This document shows, piece after piece, positions 49,851 through 63,333 of a stretch of 64,000 nucleotides of DNA. The notes below the pieces were generated by a model, which searched no databases, was not told where the DNA came from, and worked only from the letters and a program-made list of their open reading frames with translations. Both the position numbers and the translations under genes were made by a program. The stretch is from Octopus bimaculoides (taxonomy: Eukaryota). Position 1 is the stretch's first letter; each line of letters begins with the position of its first letter. The stretch lies in assembly GCF_001194135.2 (NCBI RefSeq), contig NC_068985.1, positions 21,906,750 through 21,970,749 on the forward strand. The letters are read 5' to 3'.

Positions 49851-51747
49851 GTTTACAAATTAATGCAGTGAAAGGACTTACATCATACACATTGATGTAT
49901 ATAATATAATAATCTACTATGTGTGGATGTATATGTGTGTATGTATGTATGTTAGCTACAATGCTAATCCTTTGTTAGGGGATCAGTTGACACTGTCTCT
50001 AACAAACCAGAAAGACGTGCAATTCAAATTCAGAACCATAAAAGCTAGGATTTTCTATTGTTAGAACTATAGCATATATATATTCTATATTGTACTACAA
50101 CAGAAAACTTAGAATTGATTTCACATTTCCTTTCACTACAGATTGTCTCAGTCAAACAAAATCATTATTTTCTACTTTATATAAGTTCCAGCATGGCCCT
50201 AGTAGTTATAGCTAAAACAAAATAGAGAGCACAAATATACAGATATCACACACACACACACACACATTCCTGTATGCAAAGTTAATATCTACATTTGCCA
50301 GGTTACATGAAATGGTGCATATTTGTTGCATATTGGTATGTATATTGATGAATATTCAGTTTTTATTGAACCTAGCTGTCATTCTAGCATAGGTATTAAG
50401 GAATTTCTAAAGCAACACAAAATATCTTTATGAATTTATTTGTTCCTATAGCACCCACTTTACTTTCGCCTCCCCTCTCTCTCTATCTACACGCATACAC
50501 ATATTCATATATACTTATATCTACAGATCCACGTGCATACACACACATTTAGGTATGTGTGTGCATACATTTATTTCAGCTTTGTAAAAGTTATATATTG
50601 GAATATTATACTGCAGCAAATCAAGTAAACTCTCCTTCTCTCTCTCAGAATATGAATAAATATTAGGATTGAAAAGGCAATATGATATCTTTCTGCCATC
50701 GATCTAGCACTTGAGGCAGTCAGTCTGTCTGCAGTTCTCAGTTATTCTACAGCATAAAGTGGATGATAATGGTTTTGTCGGTCCCCTCAGACAATCCATG
50801 ATGCGCGAGGAAATGTGAAATTAGTTGGAAGTTTGTTGTTGCATTACACAGTGTTAAATCTCATACAATTGTTAATAATAATAAGCTGACTTGTCCCCTC
50901 TCTTAAGGAGATTTGTAATGATTCAGCATACTTTTGTTTCCTGGCTCGACAGAAAGCTAACTGACCCCCCCAGTTCCCAAGAACCTTATAATTCTTTTTT
51001 TTTTTTTTTTTTTTTTCATTTTCTCCTTTTATCAATATAACCTGAACAGAGATGTAGCTATTTAGAAACGTATACTCCACCTCAGCCCCTTGCTTCTAGC
51101 TTGTAGCTTCTCATTTTTTTTTTCTCTCTCTAAATTACAGTCTCCCCCATTCATTCATTGCTATTTCAATAGGTCTTCCTAGAATGGACACAAGCCCATT
51201 TAAAGGTAATCTTCAATGAAATATATTGATTTCTTACTTCCCTTGGCTCTATTGCATGCTTAAACAGCCAGAAATGCAGGGAGTATAAGGATGCATTGGT
51301 ATGGGAGATTCTCAACAGAAAAATGTAGCTGTACTAAGGAATGTCTGAAAGCTATATCATACAAACTCTTCAAAAGGAGCTTATTTTTATTCTCTTGCTA
51401 ATAACTTATTAAAATTTATATAGATGTGCTGAGAAATAAAGTTGGAAGGAAAGAAAGATATTTTTTTTTTTTTAGAAAAATGGAATTCACTAGGCCTTAT
51501 TGAAAATAGAAAAAACTATAATTTTAATTTGAAAATTCAAAGTTACTTAGGCAATTTATTGTTATTTTTTTTAAATACACGTTCAGATTTGGTTAATCTA
51601 GTGTTGTCTGAGTCAGATCTACCAAGTCTTTTAACAGTAGCTACTTTAAAACCTAAAGCCATAAAAAATAAATTGTAGTGTTTTAAATAGAAGCTGTAAT
51701 AGCAGTGATATAATATCACAAGTTGTAAAACTATATGTAAGCAATTA

Positions 51748-51787
<40 letters not shown>

Positions 51788-54700
51788 ATATGTATATATG
51801 CTTGAAGAATAGGAAGGGAAATTGAATTAAAATGCATGTTATACAAAGAGTAGACAGAAAACATTTTAAAAGTAAAAATATGTTTCTACACATGCATCTA
51901 TTCTGCAATAAGGCAGCAACAGGTTTCCTTTTTGCATTTTACTTTGAAAACTGATATAAGAGATATCAGCTTACATATATATTTCTTTAAACAAGAAATA
52001 CTGAATTGTATATAGAATTTGGAAAAGGTAGGGTATCTTTAGTGAAATCACTTGTTCATAATTATTGATAGCAGATTTCAAAGAAATATATCACATTTAA
52101 GAAAAATGAAGATAAGTATTTTTTTTAATGTTTTACATTTTGAAATGAGAGTGCATTCTCTTTATTCTATAAAACTAACTGTAACTCAGGTATTATTTAT
52201 ACTATCTATTGAAACAACCTGTATATCTTGTTAAGTTATCTTGTGTTTTAATCAATAGACAGAAATGTAAACAGTTTTTACAAAGAGCTTTCTTAAGATG
52301 TATTAAGCCTACTGGGAATTATACTGTATCACTGAGTTTGGGGGATATTGGATATTATTTAAACAAGCTCATCCTAAATTTTCATTTACTTTACAAGTAA
52401 AGAAAAATGAAAGAATACAGCAGCATGGGAGGTGGTACCATGGTCTTCAGATAAAAATCAATGCAACAATTCTAGGCTGTAATAATTGGTAGCACTGGCA
52501 TTGCTGTTGCTGCAACTTGCCTCAACACAGATAGCAATATTCTGTCAGTGTTGGTGAGGGAATAAAGCGGGATTGGAATAGGATAGCCATTAAATATATA
52601 TATTTGTAGTTTTTCAAATATTATAGAGAAATAAACACTTATTGAAATGCTGCAGTTCTCTTTCTGATGGTTATTTTTTTGGATAATAAATAAACCTTTG
52701 CATTTTACTTTGTTGTGGGTTACAACTAAGAAAAGTTTTTAAACATAGGTGATTAGGAGAAGAAAAAAGTGAAAAATACCACCCCATCCCAGCTTCTGAT
52801 AATTTTATCTACATTTAATGTAGCATATAATAAAAGAAACCATAGAAATTTAGTTTCTAACAATTTATAGTTATGTTAAAAAAAAAAAACAGTTTATTGT
52901 GAGAAATCTGCAGTAATTAGAGATGGTTGGCAAAAAGGTGTTAGGATCTTATCAGTGTATAAATATGAAATTTGTTTCTTTATTAGTTAATAACAGTTAA
53001 GAGCTGTTTCCTTATATTAAGTTTCTGTATTTTTGTTATCTAAACAAACTATTTCTTCCTATTTTCACATTTCCAGGAAATAGAGAAACAATAGATATCT
53101 TAATAGCTTAACAGATCAGTCTCTTATATTTGTCCCATAAAGGATGCTCTTAACTGTTCAGGCCACACTTTGCAATAAAGGTTTTTAGAAAACAAATTAA
53201 CCAAAACCAGGAAGGAATTTATTTTAATTATTTAAGGTGGAGTTGATTGAAGGCTAGAATGGTTCAGAGCAGAGAGAGAGAGAGAGCTAGACATGCATTA
53301 TATGTTACATCATTTAATGTATCAATATTCAGAGTTCAAATGATATTATAGTCATTTTAGTTTTCATTTCTTTAGGGGTGGATAACATAATCCAAAATCA
53401 TCCAACCAACTTCCCTTATAAAAATAAACTAAGAAAAGTATTGTTACACAAGTTTAAATTTGCAAAAACAAAAACAGTCATGTGTTATTTGTAGTAAAAA
53501 TTGGTTGGTGGTGAAACGGGTGTGAAATTATTATTTCATCTGTTCCATGAAATCATGTAAATGTTTGATTCAAACCTATGTTCTCTTGGTAAAAGGTGAG
53601 AAAAAAAAAAACTGGAAACATGATAACTGTAGCCAACAGGTGGTTCTGTTAAATTAAAGATGGTATGGACCATACTGGTAGCTAATACCAATCTGAAGTA
53701 ACACCGGACTGAGTTAGGTTGTTACAATATATACAGTGAAACGTTACAAGAAAAAAATGTTTCTCCCTTTCACTATGAAATAAAATCTTAATGGTCTTCC
53801 TTAAATATGTTCTAATTCTAAAGTTTCCGTCCACTTATTTTATTATAAGCATTAAAAATTTGTTCTGTCTAAATAGTTCTGTTTGAAAAAGGTGGCTGTT
53901 GTAGTTTGGTGAGAAAACCTTTTTATTATGTGTCCAACCATCTATTCTTTTCCCACCTTACAAATAACAGCACAAACTTGTTTAACTACCAGAAGTGGTA
54001 AGTTTGTATTTCATGACACAAAAGAACTAACAGCATGTCAAGTTTTGTTGCAAAGTGGTTTTGCAGTTCTATAACAATAAAGCTTCATATTTGCTTCATT
54101 TCATGACTGTACATATTTATACTTCACACTCAACTACAGTCGACAGAAAGGGGGCTCATATTTCAGTTTTAAAACATCTTGGTGTCATTTTAACCTGTTG
54201 TAAAGGTTAAGCATTAGAATATTTTGAAAAAGGCAAGTAAAAAGTTTTCAAGAAGAAGCAGCTTTATGTAATAGCTGCACATTCTTCACTTTAGAATCTA
54301 TAATGTTAATACATTGTCAGTTTTCTTATTATTCATAGGAAAAAATCCCCACCAGTTTTAGAGCCCCTTTAACAAGCTTAGTGCACTATCTTAGAAAGAA
54401 CATTTTGACATTAACATAAATAATGTTATACTATTTACTAGTTAAATATTCAGGTTTATTACATCATTGATCTCTTTTGCTTGTCATAATCTATTACAAC
54501 ACAGTTTATATTTAAGTGCAGGCATGGCTATGTAGTTTTGCAATCATGTGGTTTCAGGTTCAATCTTAACACATTAATAATCTTTTGTCATAAGCTATTA
54601 GACAACAACTTACATTAAATTTTAATTGTAGGCAATCATCACTTTCTAAATTGACAGGGCTCTATTCTAACAGGCTGTGAAGGCAATATCTGCAAACATA

Positions 54701-55342
54701 ACCAACTGTTATATAATTAAACATGATGTATCGTGGCAGATATATCCTGTGTATATGTGTACATGTGCATGTATGCAATATATAACTGTCTGCGTACTCC
54801 AATTAAAGTTAAATCCTTAACACTTTCTAATCAGCAACTTGACACCTTGATTGGCTCATGCAGGTAGACCTGGTGATAATTAGTTGCTATGTAGAATGAT
54901 TAAGAAACTTAATTGGTTCTCATGTGAACTATCTAATCTAACTGGCAGCAGCAGATGGAAACAGCTTTAACATGTTCCACAATGTTTGTTTTTAAAGGAT
55001 TTATTAAAAGTTCCATCTTAGCAACATCTCATTGTATTTAAGCTGTAATAATTCTTTTATTGCTTTTGATGGTTGGACAGGGCCCATGCTGGGGCACCAC
55101 TCTGTAGGGTCTAGTTGATTATATCAACCCCAACTGTTTATTTTTATTTACAGGTAATTTATTTTATCAACTTCCGAAAGGTGAGGTGGACCAGGTGGAA
55201 TTTGAAAGGGATGCAACCAAATACCACAGATATTTTGCTTGACATTCTATGGCCACCCTCCAAGAATATTTTGGAGACTAATGATATATATATATGGAGG
55301 TTTTATATATTTAATAATCATGGTATAATCATTAGTAATAAT

Positions 55343-55690
55343 AGGTGCAGGTATGGCTCTGTGGTTAAGAAGTTCACCATAGATTTGGCTGTAATCCCAC
55401 TGTATGATACTTTGGGCAAGTGTCTTCTGTTATAGACTTTGGATTGATTTGCACCTTCTGAGTGGAATTTAGCAGACAAAAACTAAGAAACTGAAGAAGT
55501 AGATTGTATGATATATGTGTATACACATGTGTCTCATTTTAAAGGTTGTGTCAAAAAGGTAGCTTAACCACTTGATACATATAGATCAATAAAATAAAGT
55601 ACAGAGTTTATGTGATCAACTAAAAACTCTTGAAAGTGGAACCCCAGCATGACCATGCTACAATGGCTGAAACCAGTAAAAGAATAAAGA
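55343..55690 (+). mobile_element. SINE family B, degenerate
   Basis: Seen: head ggtatggctctgtggttaagaag, tttgggcaagtgtcttct, tail ccccagcatgaccatg...aaaccagtaaaagaataaa. Confidence 0.75.
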
Positions 55691-55769
55691 AGTATAAAGT
55701 ATGTTCTGAGAATCCTGTTGACCCCCCCCTCCCCCAGTTCATTTATCTCTCCACCTCTCATCATCCTTG

Positions 55770-55935
55770 TTGTTTCTAAACCTCCTCCACATCCCTGCTC
55801 TAACTACTGTTCTCAATCCTTCCTTCTCAGAACATTGGCCTTCTGGAATCTCCTTCTTGCTCATGTCTTTTCTGCAAGAGTTGACCTACAACAGTTTAAG
55901 TGGAACATTAACAACATCAATCTCACCAGCCTTGG
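55770..55935 (+). mobile_element. CR1-group (L2/Crack-like) LINE 3' end
   Basis: Seen: SQSFLLRTLAFWNLLLAHVFSARVDLQQFKWNINNINL resembles SFFPRTxxLWNSLP...LQxFKxxINK at the ORF2 end. Confidence 0.7.
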
Positions 55936-57287
55936 AAGGGACTGCAAAGGTTATGGGCACTGCTATTGGTACCAAGCTGTGTTTTTTAAAATTTACCTGT
56001 GATAGATTAACTTCTTGCCCATGGAGAGATCTGTATTGTCACTAACTATTTGTATAGTTTGTGAATGGATTATATTTTCACAAAATTATAAAATTTCCTG
56101 ACTATTAATCACATCTTTAGAAGTGAGAAATTTTTTAATATTCACATCTATACTGTTTCAATCAGGGGTTAGAAAAATGTGTACCTTCCTAGAAAATGAC
56201 ACCTGACTGAAGATCAGAAATGAAATTGACTGAAATGTTACACAGATGTAAGTATTCAAAACTTTCATCACCTGAGATGAGGCTGATTGTCTAAAAAGTT
56301 ATCTTAACAACAACTAATTTCAGGTATTTAATTTATTTTTGTGTTTTGACATTTAATATAATTAGCTAAAATTGGTAGTTCCATTACCCATTTTCATCAT
56401 TCTAAAGACAATGTTCTGTTTGCTGTGTAATATACTGGAACAATAAATACAATTTGTAATTATTATTAATTACAAAGTTCATTTATAATTGAATGTTAGA
56501 AGACAATCTCACAAAAGGCGATTTAATTGAAAGCTAGTTACTAGGTTATGGTCATATCTGATCACACATACGTGTGTGCATACATACATACACACACATT
56601 TTCCCCTCATTTCTATAGAAGCTTCCAAACATATCATTTGCTGAATAGAACATAAGTATTAAATGTGTCTTTCTTTTAATATCAATAAGGAAATGTAATA
56701 ACTGATTTCTTTGTGTGACAAGAGATTCTATGACAAAATAAGTAATTGATAAGTTACCAACTATAATTAATTGGGAATTGATAACCAACTAACTACAGCT
56801 ATCACTTCATTTTAAATATACTTTGATGATTTCCTGTGTAGATAAGGAATGTTCAATTCATAAGGGAGTGTGTGGGGTTGGAAATTGTGAGATTTGTGCC
56901 TCTCTCAATGAACTTTCTAAGCATATGTGTGTGTGTGTATTGTGCATGTGTGTGTATGTGTACAATTATTCCTAACACCTTTGATTCTTTTCTCATATTT
57001 TGTTTACTCTACCCTTAGTTTTAGAAAAAAATCTAAACACATATATATGTATGTGTGTGTGTGTGTGTGTGCATACTTGTGTCTGTCCAGTGTTGATTGT
57101 CCATGTCCTTGTAACTGAGTAGTTCAACATAAGAGATCGATAGAAAAGTTCCAAATTTAAAAAATGTACTGGGGTTCATTTGTTTGATTAAACCATTCAA
57201 GATGATGCCCCAGCATGGCCACAGTCCAATGACTGAAATAAGTAAAAGGTATATATACATACACACACTTCTGACAGATAATTTTAT

Positions 57288-57672
57288 AGGCACAAATGTG
57301 GCTGAGTGGTAAGAAGTTTGCTTCCCAGCCACATGGTTCTGGGTTCAGTTCCACACTGCTTGGCACTTTGGACAAGTGTGAGTGGATTTGTTAGATGGAA
57401 ACTGAAAGAAACCTGTCTTGTGTATATATATATATATATATATATATACATGCATGTCTTTGTGTCTGTGTTTGTCCCCCTCCACACACACACATTTCTT
57501 GACAAACAGTGTTGGTTTGTTTACATCCTTATAACTTAGCTATTCAGCAAAAGGGCTGATAGAATAAGTACCAGGCTTAAAAAAAAGTATTGGGGTAAAT
57601 TCATTCTAAAATTCTTCAAGGCAGTGCCCCAGCATGGCAACAATCTGATGACTGAAAACAAGCGAAAGATAA
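57288..57672 (+). mobile_element. SINE family B, preceded by the 3' half of another copy (about 57040-57250)
   Basis: Seen: gtggctgagtggtaagaagtttgcttcccagccacatggttctgggttcagttcc head, internal (TA)n, tail. Confidence 0.85.
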
Positions 57673-58804
57673 TAAGGTGCGCACACATAAATATGTGTGT
57701 GTGTGTATAAGTAGCTGATTCTGTAACATATTTTTAACCCGAATACTACTGGCAGGTCACAATATTGCCAGATTTATGCCAATCATTTGTCACTAATAAT
57801 CATTTACTAGAAAATTATTAAGGAGTCCCACAGATATAAAAAGATGATTTCTATTTGCTTACAATTACAAATAGAAATTCTATACCAGCTGAATCAATAG
57901 ATGCTGTCTTGTTTAATGATGCTTTAAATTTGCATGGATCATCAAATTACCTACCAACATTGGTATTTCGTTTGAGATTAGTAAAATTCATTAAATTTTA
58001 GGTGTGGAATTTTACAGCATTAACCTATCTCTATGGCAACATTTGCCTGTAATTCTGACCTGCCTATATATGTATTCATGGAATGGTTTGATGTTTTAAT
58101 TTGCAAATGATATTTTTACAAAAAGGTATATTTTTTGTAAAAACTTTGTCTTTCATCTGTGTGTGGGGGTAAATTATTGTCTCAGTTTTTGATTTGAATA
58201 AACCTGAATATTTCTTTCCCTTTTAGTCTCTATATTATTGCTAGATCTGCTAGAAATATCAACCAAATCTCCCTTAGATAACATCCTACTGTCTAAAACA
58301 AGATACATTCGATAATGTAGTCATATACTCCTCAAAAGACAAGATGTCATGGTTGGAGTGTCTTTAATCATAGTTCTGCTTGATCAGGGTTGATTTGGGC
58401 TATGACACCAACAACCTACCCATACCTTCCAGTAATTTCATTTTAAATAGTAGAGTAGGAAGCCGAAGGAAACATTCAACTATGATATCTAATATTGTCG
58501 ATTTAAGACCACTTGTTTACTCTGCAGCCACTTAGCAGCTATTTCAACATTCTTTGTTTCTTCTTTCATGCTAACTTTCTCTATGTTTGTTTACATTAGA
58601 AGCCCCCTACCCTACTGCATAGTCATGGAGCTGTGTTCTGTCATTTGCAGCTAGCTTTTTATAGTTTCTTTAAAACTTCTCATTCAACAACTCCAGTTCA
58701 TCCTTTAACTTTGGGAGTTTTGAGTGAATAACACCTGACAAAAATTGACAATGACTTAGCAACTACATGAAATTTGTGGAAATACAGTAGTGAGTTCTAA
58801 AACA

Positions 58805-58975
58805 CAGTGGTGTAGCTAGAATGTGTGTCACCAGGGGCAGCCCCTGAGTTAGCCATCCCACCTCCAGAGGCCCTAAACCCTATACTGGCTTATACAACCA
58901 ATCCAAAAGTGCCACCCTATCAATACTTCACCCAGGGTGGATTGCCCTCTCTCTCCCCCTCTAGCTAAGCTTCTG
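58805..58975. mobile_element. hAT-type MITE (third TIR type)
   Basis: Seen: TIRs cagtggtgtagctag / ctagctaagcttctg (11/15), flanks ctaaaaca / ttaaaaca (7/8). Confidence 0.75.
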
Positions 58976-60139
58976 TTAAAACACATTTTAATAGATTTTT
59001 TTTCTATGATAACATCAACTTCTATAAACAATTTGTTAATTTTAGTTCTTAATTTATATTTATTACCTACTGATTTTTAATTCATAGGACTTGATAAATA
59101 AATCAATAGGAAATGAGACTGAGCTTTTTCTAGGATCATAGTATAAACCAAAAATAGACTGTTGCTGAGAAATAAAATAGAGGATGATTTGAATAAAGTT
59201 GTAATCTGCTAAATGGAAAAATGACATAAATAGAGGTTCAATGATGTATCTTTTATTAAATATGGATATCTAAATATAAAATTAATTAATGAGAAATGAA
59301 CTTCTAGCTACTTTTGTTTGTATAATATACCATCATCTAAGCTGTAGTAGAATAAGATATACATAAAAGTGATATAGGAAAATGGTCATTGCTAAAGCTT
59401 GATAACAATTCCAACATTAAATAGGGAAACTATGCATTCCCAAGACTGTTTTAAAGTATATTTTATTAGAAAATCAATTATAGTATCTATTCTGATGACA
59501 CAAATCCCACTGGGGTTGGCCTATACATTCTGGAAGATTGATTGAATAAGTAAAAGTAATACAGATAAATTAATTACCCCTACATATAAGAATGAAATTA
59601 TCTAATTGATTAGTAGAGAATATTTTGTTCAACAAAGATTTTTAGAATAAGTAATGAAGGCTAGTGATTTTTTTTTCTTCCTGTTTGAGAATAAATGTTT
59701 TCATGTAACATTTATATCATCCCAATTTCCTTTGATGTGTCAGAAAACATTTATTTCATCATTAAGTTTACTGTGTATATAAAAACCATAATTATACATA
59801 AATCAAAGAGCTTGTTTTTAAGTTGTTTCCATTGTCCTCAGGTTGTCCTGTTTTTTTTTTCTTCTATTAAGGTGTAGGTAGACTCTTCCATTGAAATGGT
59901 CAGTACTTAACCACCTTTCCTTTTCCTCTACCACTCTCATTCCATTAAATGTCTTTGCCTAAACTGCATAAACTATTCTTCAGTACCCCCTCCTTACCCC
60001 CTCTACAACAGATGCCATATTCAAGCAGTGTAGTTTTTGCTTGCTGACATAGGGCAAGCAGATAGTAAGCTTAATTGGTCAAGCATATCTGTCTGGCTCC
60101 ACTCGGCTGACTGCTATTTACCTGAGGGACATAGACATG

Positions 60140-60406
60140 GCTCCAATGGTCTGAGTCAAACAGCTTTCTTGCCCTAGTTAACCAATAAAGACACTTCTTT
60201 TTCTTCACTGCACCCCCACCTCCACCTCTCACCACTTCCAGTACAACTCCTTCTCTGTAGCTTAGTGTAAGTTGAAAGTAACAGCAGCAGCAGCCTCACT
60301 AGCAGTAATCCGGCAGTGGCTAGTCAGAATGCTGCTATGTGGTTCTATTGGAGACAAAAATTAGATTGAGACAACTGTCTTCAACACACTAGAGCTTAAG
60401 GTAATG
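60140..60406 (+). promoter_or_regulatory. Candidate proximal promoter and non-coding exon for the BTB gene
   Basis: Seen: CCAAT at 60143 and 60182, TGAGTCA (AP-1 consensus) at 60152-60158, non-repetitive higher-GC sequence, donor AAG|GTAATG at 60401. Inference: intron 60401-62201. Confidence 0.45.
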
Positions 60407-60506
60407 TGTCTTTCTCATTGTGATGTTTATTTATAAGCTAATATATATTCATACTTGCTTTTAGGATTTACACATCATTGTTCATATAATTGTATATTTG
60501 TGTGTA

Positions 60507-60540
<34 letters not shown>

Positions 60541-60550
60541 NNNNNNNNNN

Positions 60551-60595
<45 letters not shown>

Positions 60596-61948
60596 GATAT
60601 GTGTGTGTTTATACCTATGTATGTATATGTATGTAGGACCTAAAATCACTTATAAGCTGATGTTAGTGATGAGTATCTTAAACTGTGACAACATCTATAT
60701 TTGGGACATTTGCTTCATAACAGTTTTCACTTTCATAGCACTTTGAATGCCACAAATATATTCACATTTATATTTTTCTCAACTTTGTTTCCATGACAAC
60801 TACCAACTGCTGATATAAAGATGTAATGCTAGCAGTGAAAATGTAGCCTGTGTTTTTACAATAGTAAACATTTATTCTTTAAAAAAATATATCAAAACAA
60901 AAACACAAATAATGATTGTTTACATTTTGTATGAAATGTGACTGTTAATTATAACTCAAAATAAATCTTAACAGTTTATTTATTTATTTTATTTTGTTAA
61001 TGTAAGATAATAAGCATTAAATATTCTTTTAGTTATAGAAATATGAAAGCAATGTAGTTTAAATTATCACAATATTTAAATTTTAAACATTTTACATTAA
61101 GAAATTAATAAAATATATTATGCAATGTTATATCTGAATATATCTATATGTATGTGTCTGTGTGTAGGCATGTGTGTGAGAGAGAGACATCTATCACTTA
61201 TGTGCTTAATGTTGTATAGCTATTTCATATATAACCATATTGTATAACAAACACCTAGTTATTTTTGTTGGTGCAGTTGTAGGCCCACCTTTAGCACTAC
61301 ACAGAAATTCTTGGGGGAATAGAAATATTTATGTTTATGATACTGCCAGCTGAGATATTATTCCTATAGGGGAACTGTGTGGGGTAATAAATAAAAACTA
61401 CTTCTTAATTGTTGGTGCAATAAAGAATTGGTTGGAAGGATAACCACCAATCCAGACCTGTGATATCTGCCACTAGCTAGTAGATTTTCACATCTGCCAC
61501 CCTTGTTTATCTTTGGTCATACCTCCTTTGCTAACTGGATAATGGATACCATTTACAATAATAGAGATTTTATTGGTAGTTCTCTCTTAATTGCTTTTTT
61601 ATTCTTAAATGTACTTTCATAACATTTTATGATGATATTCTTGCACAGACCAGGTGTGGATTACATTTATCTAAAACTTCTTTTGAGAAGGAAAAGAAAA
61701 TAATAGCTCTTAGCAATTCTATTTTATATCTATTTGGGTTGGTTGAATTGTGCACTCTTCTAAATTATAAAAGTTTAACAACCATAAATATAGCTAAGAA
61801 AAGTTAAAAGAATTCACATTTGTATAAAAAAATAAATTATAACTTTTGTGGCACAATTTTCATTCAGAACAAAGCTTTTATGAATTTAAGGCCTGAGATG
61901 TTAAAGTAACTTCAGCACTTTTAGCAATAGAGTGAGTTTCTCTTTTAA

Positions 61949-62137
61949 CTCTTTTGTTGCTGTATTTCTGTTGAAATATACTGCCTTTAATTCAATTTTG
62001 AAAATAAAGAAGAATTTTGTAAAATAACTTTGTAAGTCATTTATTTAGCTGGTGTAATAGTTTAATTTAGATGCCTTTAGAAAAGAAATTTGTATCATAG
62101 AACCAGGGTGGTCTTAGGTAGGTTAGTCTCAAAAGGG
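61949..62137. mobile_element. TTAA MITE family 1, shortened copy
   Basis: Seen: TTAA at 61945 and 62138; shares gtatcatagaacca...gtggtct with the 31489 copy. Confidence 0.8.
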
Positions 62138-62181
62138 TTAAATGTGTCTATTTGAAACGTATTATTTTTTATTCCAAAAAA

Positions 62182-62201
62182 TTCTTTTATTTAATTTGCA
62201 G
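62182..62201 (+). other. 3' splice acceptor of the exon carrying the BTB CDS
   Basis: Seen: ttcttttatttaatttgcag, pyrimidine tract plus CAG, 79 nt upstream of the ATG. Confidence 0.7.
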
Positions 62202-62280
62202 TTATGTGAGCCACATGGTGGGCGAAAATGACCTAAAAGACTGAAGTGGAATACAATGTTGGAGAGACTAGCAGCAGATC

Positions 62281-63282
62281 ATGAGAAGATACAGTGCTCA
62301 AGTGCAGTATCCTGATCCCACCAAACCTCCCTCTGGTGGTGTACTGGATGTCAATGAAGATGGAGACAGTACTCGAAAATGCAAGACAACTCAGTCTTTT
62401 GAGACTTTATTTGATAGTGAAGCCCTCAGTGATGTGGTGCTTAATATCAACGAAGGTGAACTTACCTTCAATGCTCACAAAATGATCCTTGGCATGAAAA
62501 GTGAGGTTTTTACACGCTTATTAAATGAACTTACTGCAGTAGATGACAGCCCCCGCCTAATACTTAAATTGCATGTTGATGCAGACTGTGTTCAAATTTT
62601 CAGCCGATTTCTATATTTTCTTTATAGTGGAGCAGTATGGTTACACCGAGAGTATGTAGTGCCATTATATCGGCTAGCTGTTGATTATTCTGTATGGCCT
62701 CTTATTAGCCACTGTGAGAATTATATAATGCAAATTCTTGAAAAGACTATACAGTATGGGTATGGAACAGCAAGCTTCAGCATTGAAGTGGTTAGTAGTT
62801 TATATGAATCAAACATCATGCCGGGCCAAATCCGATCTCAAGCATTCCAAGTTTTATGTGTCTGTTTTACTCAGCTGTCTTGCAGTAAGCTTTGGTCTTC
62901 ATGTTCATGGGAAATGGTCCGTGACTTGATCCAGAGTGATGATATAAATGCAGATGAGGATTGCATCCTCAGTGCTGCAACTGGATGGATGAAAGACAAT
63001 AAACTCCAAGACAAGTCAAAAATTCAGGATATATTAGCAAATATTCGATATCCAATGCTAAACAGGCGAGTATTATACCACCTGTTAAAGAATAGGGCTT
63101 TTCAAAATTTTCCTTATGTTGCAGAACTTGTTGATGGTGCTGTGAAATACCAGTGTTTTAAAGACCTTGCTGAGGCACATCATGAGTTTACTGGAGTTCA
63201 GTATCAACGTAGAAAAGGACAATTACCAAGGAGTTCACAAACTGTTGGCACAGTTCCACATCAACATATACAATCAGTGTGA
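62281..63282 (+). CDS. BTB/POZ + BACK domain protein without Kelch repeats (BTBD17-like architecture), single coding exon
   Basis: Seen: 333-aa ORF with BTB N-terminal motif SDVVLNINEGELTFNAHKMILGMKSEVF, FSRFLYFLYSG, helical BACK-like region (SWEMVRDLIQSDDINADEDCILSAATGW) ending in IRYPML; in-frame stops upstream (62242, 62269). Knowledge: these motifs are typical of BTB-BACK Cullin-3 adaptors. Orthology not established. Confidence 0.9.
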   Translation: MRRYSAQVQYPDPTKPPSGGVLDVNEDGDSTRKCKTTQSFETLFDSEALSDVVLNINEGELTFNAHKMILGMKSEVFTRLLNELTAVDDSPRLILKLHVDADCVQIFSRFLYFLYSGAVWLHREYVVPLYRLAVDYSVWPLISHCENYIMQILEKTIQYGYGTASFSIEVVSSLYESNIMPGQIRSQAFQVLCVCFTQLSCSKLWSSCSWEMVRDLIQSDDINADEDCILSAATGWMKDNKLQDKSKIQDILANIRYPMLNRRVLYHLLKNRAFQNFPYVAELVDGAVKYQCFKDLAEAHHEFTGVQYQRRKGQLPRSSQTVGTVPHQHIQSV

Positions 63283-63327
63283 CCATTATGTATATAAAGT
63301 GAATATATTAGTAACTAAAGTATTGTA

Positions 63328-63333
63328 AATAAA
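63328..63333 (+). terminator. Candidate polyadenylation signal
   Basis: Seen: first AATAAA after the stop codon, followed by T/GT-rich sequence; AATAAA is common by chance at this AT content. Confidence 0.35.

Noticed and set aside
50745-50820. Acceptor-like site followed by HKVDDNGFVGPLRQSMMREEM*
   Set aside because: Only 21 codons with no upstream coding partner.
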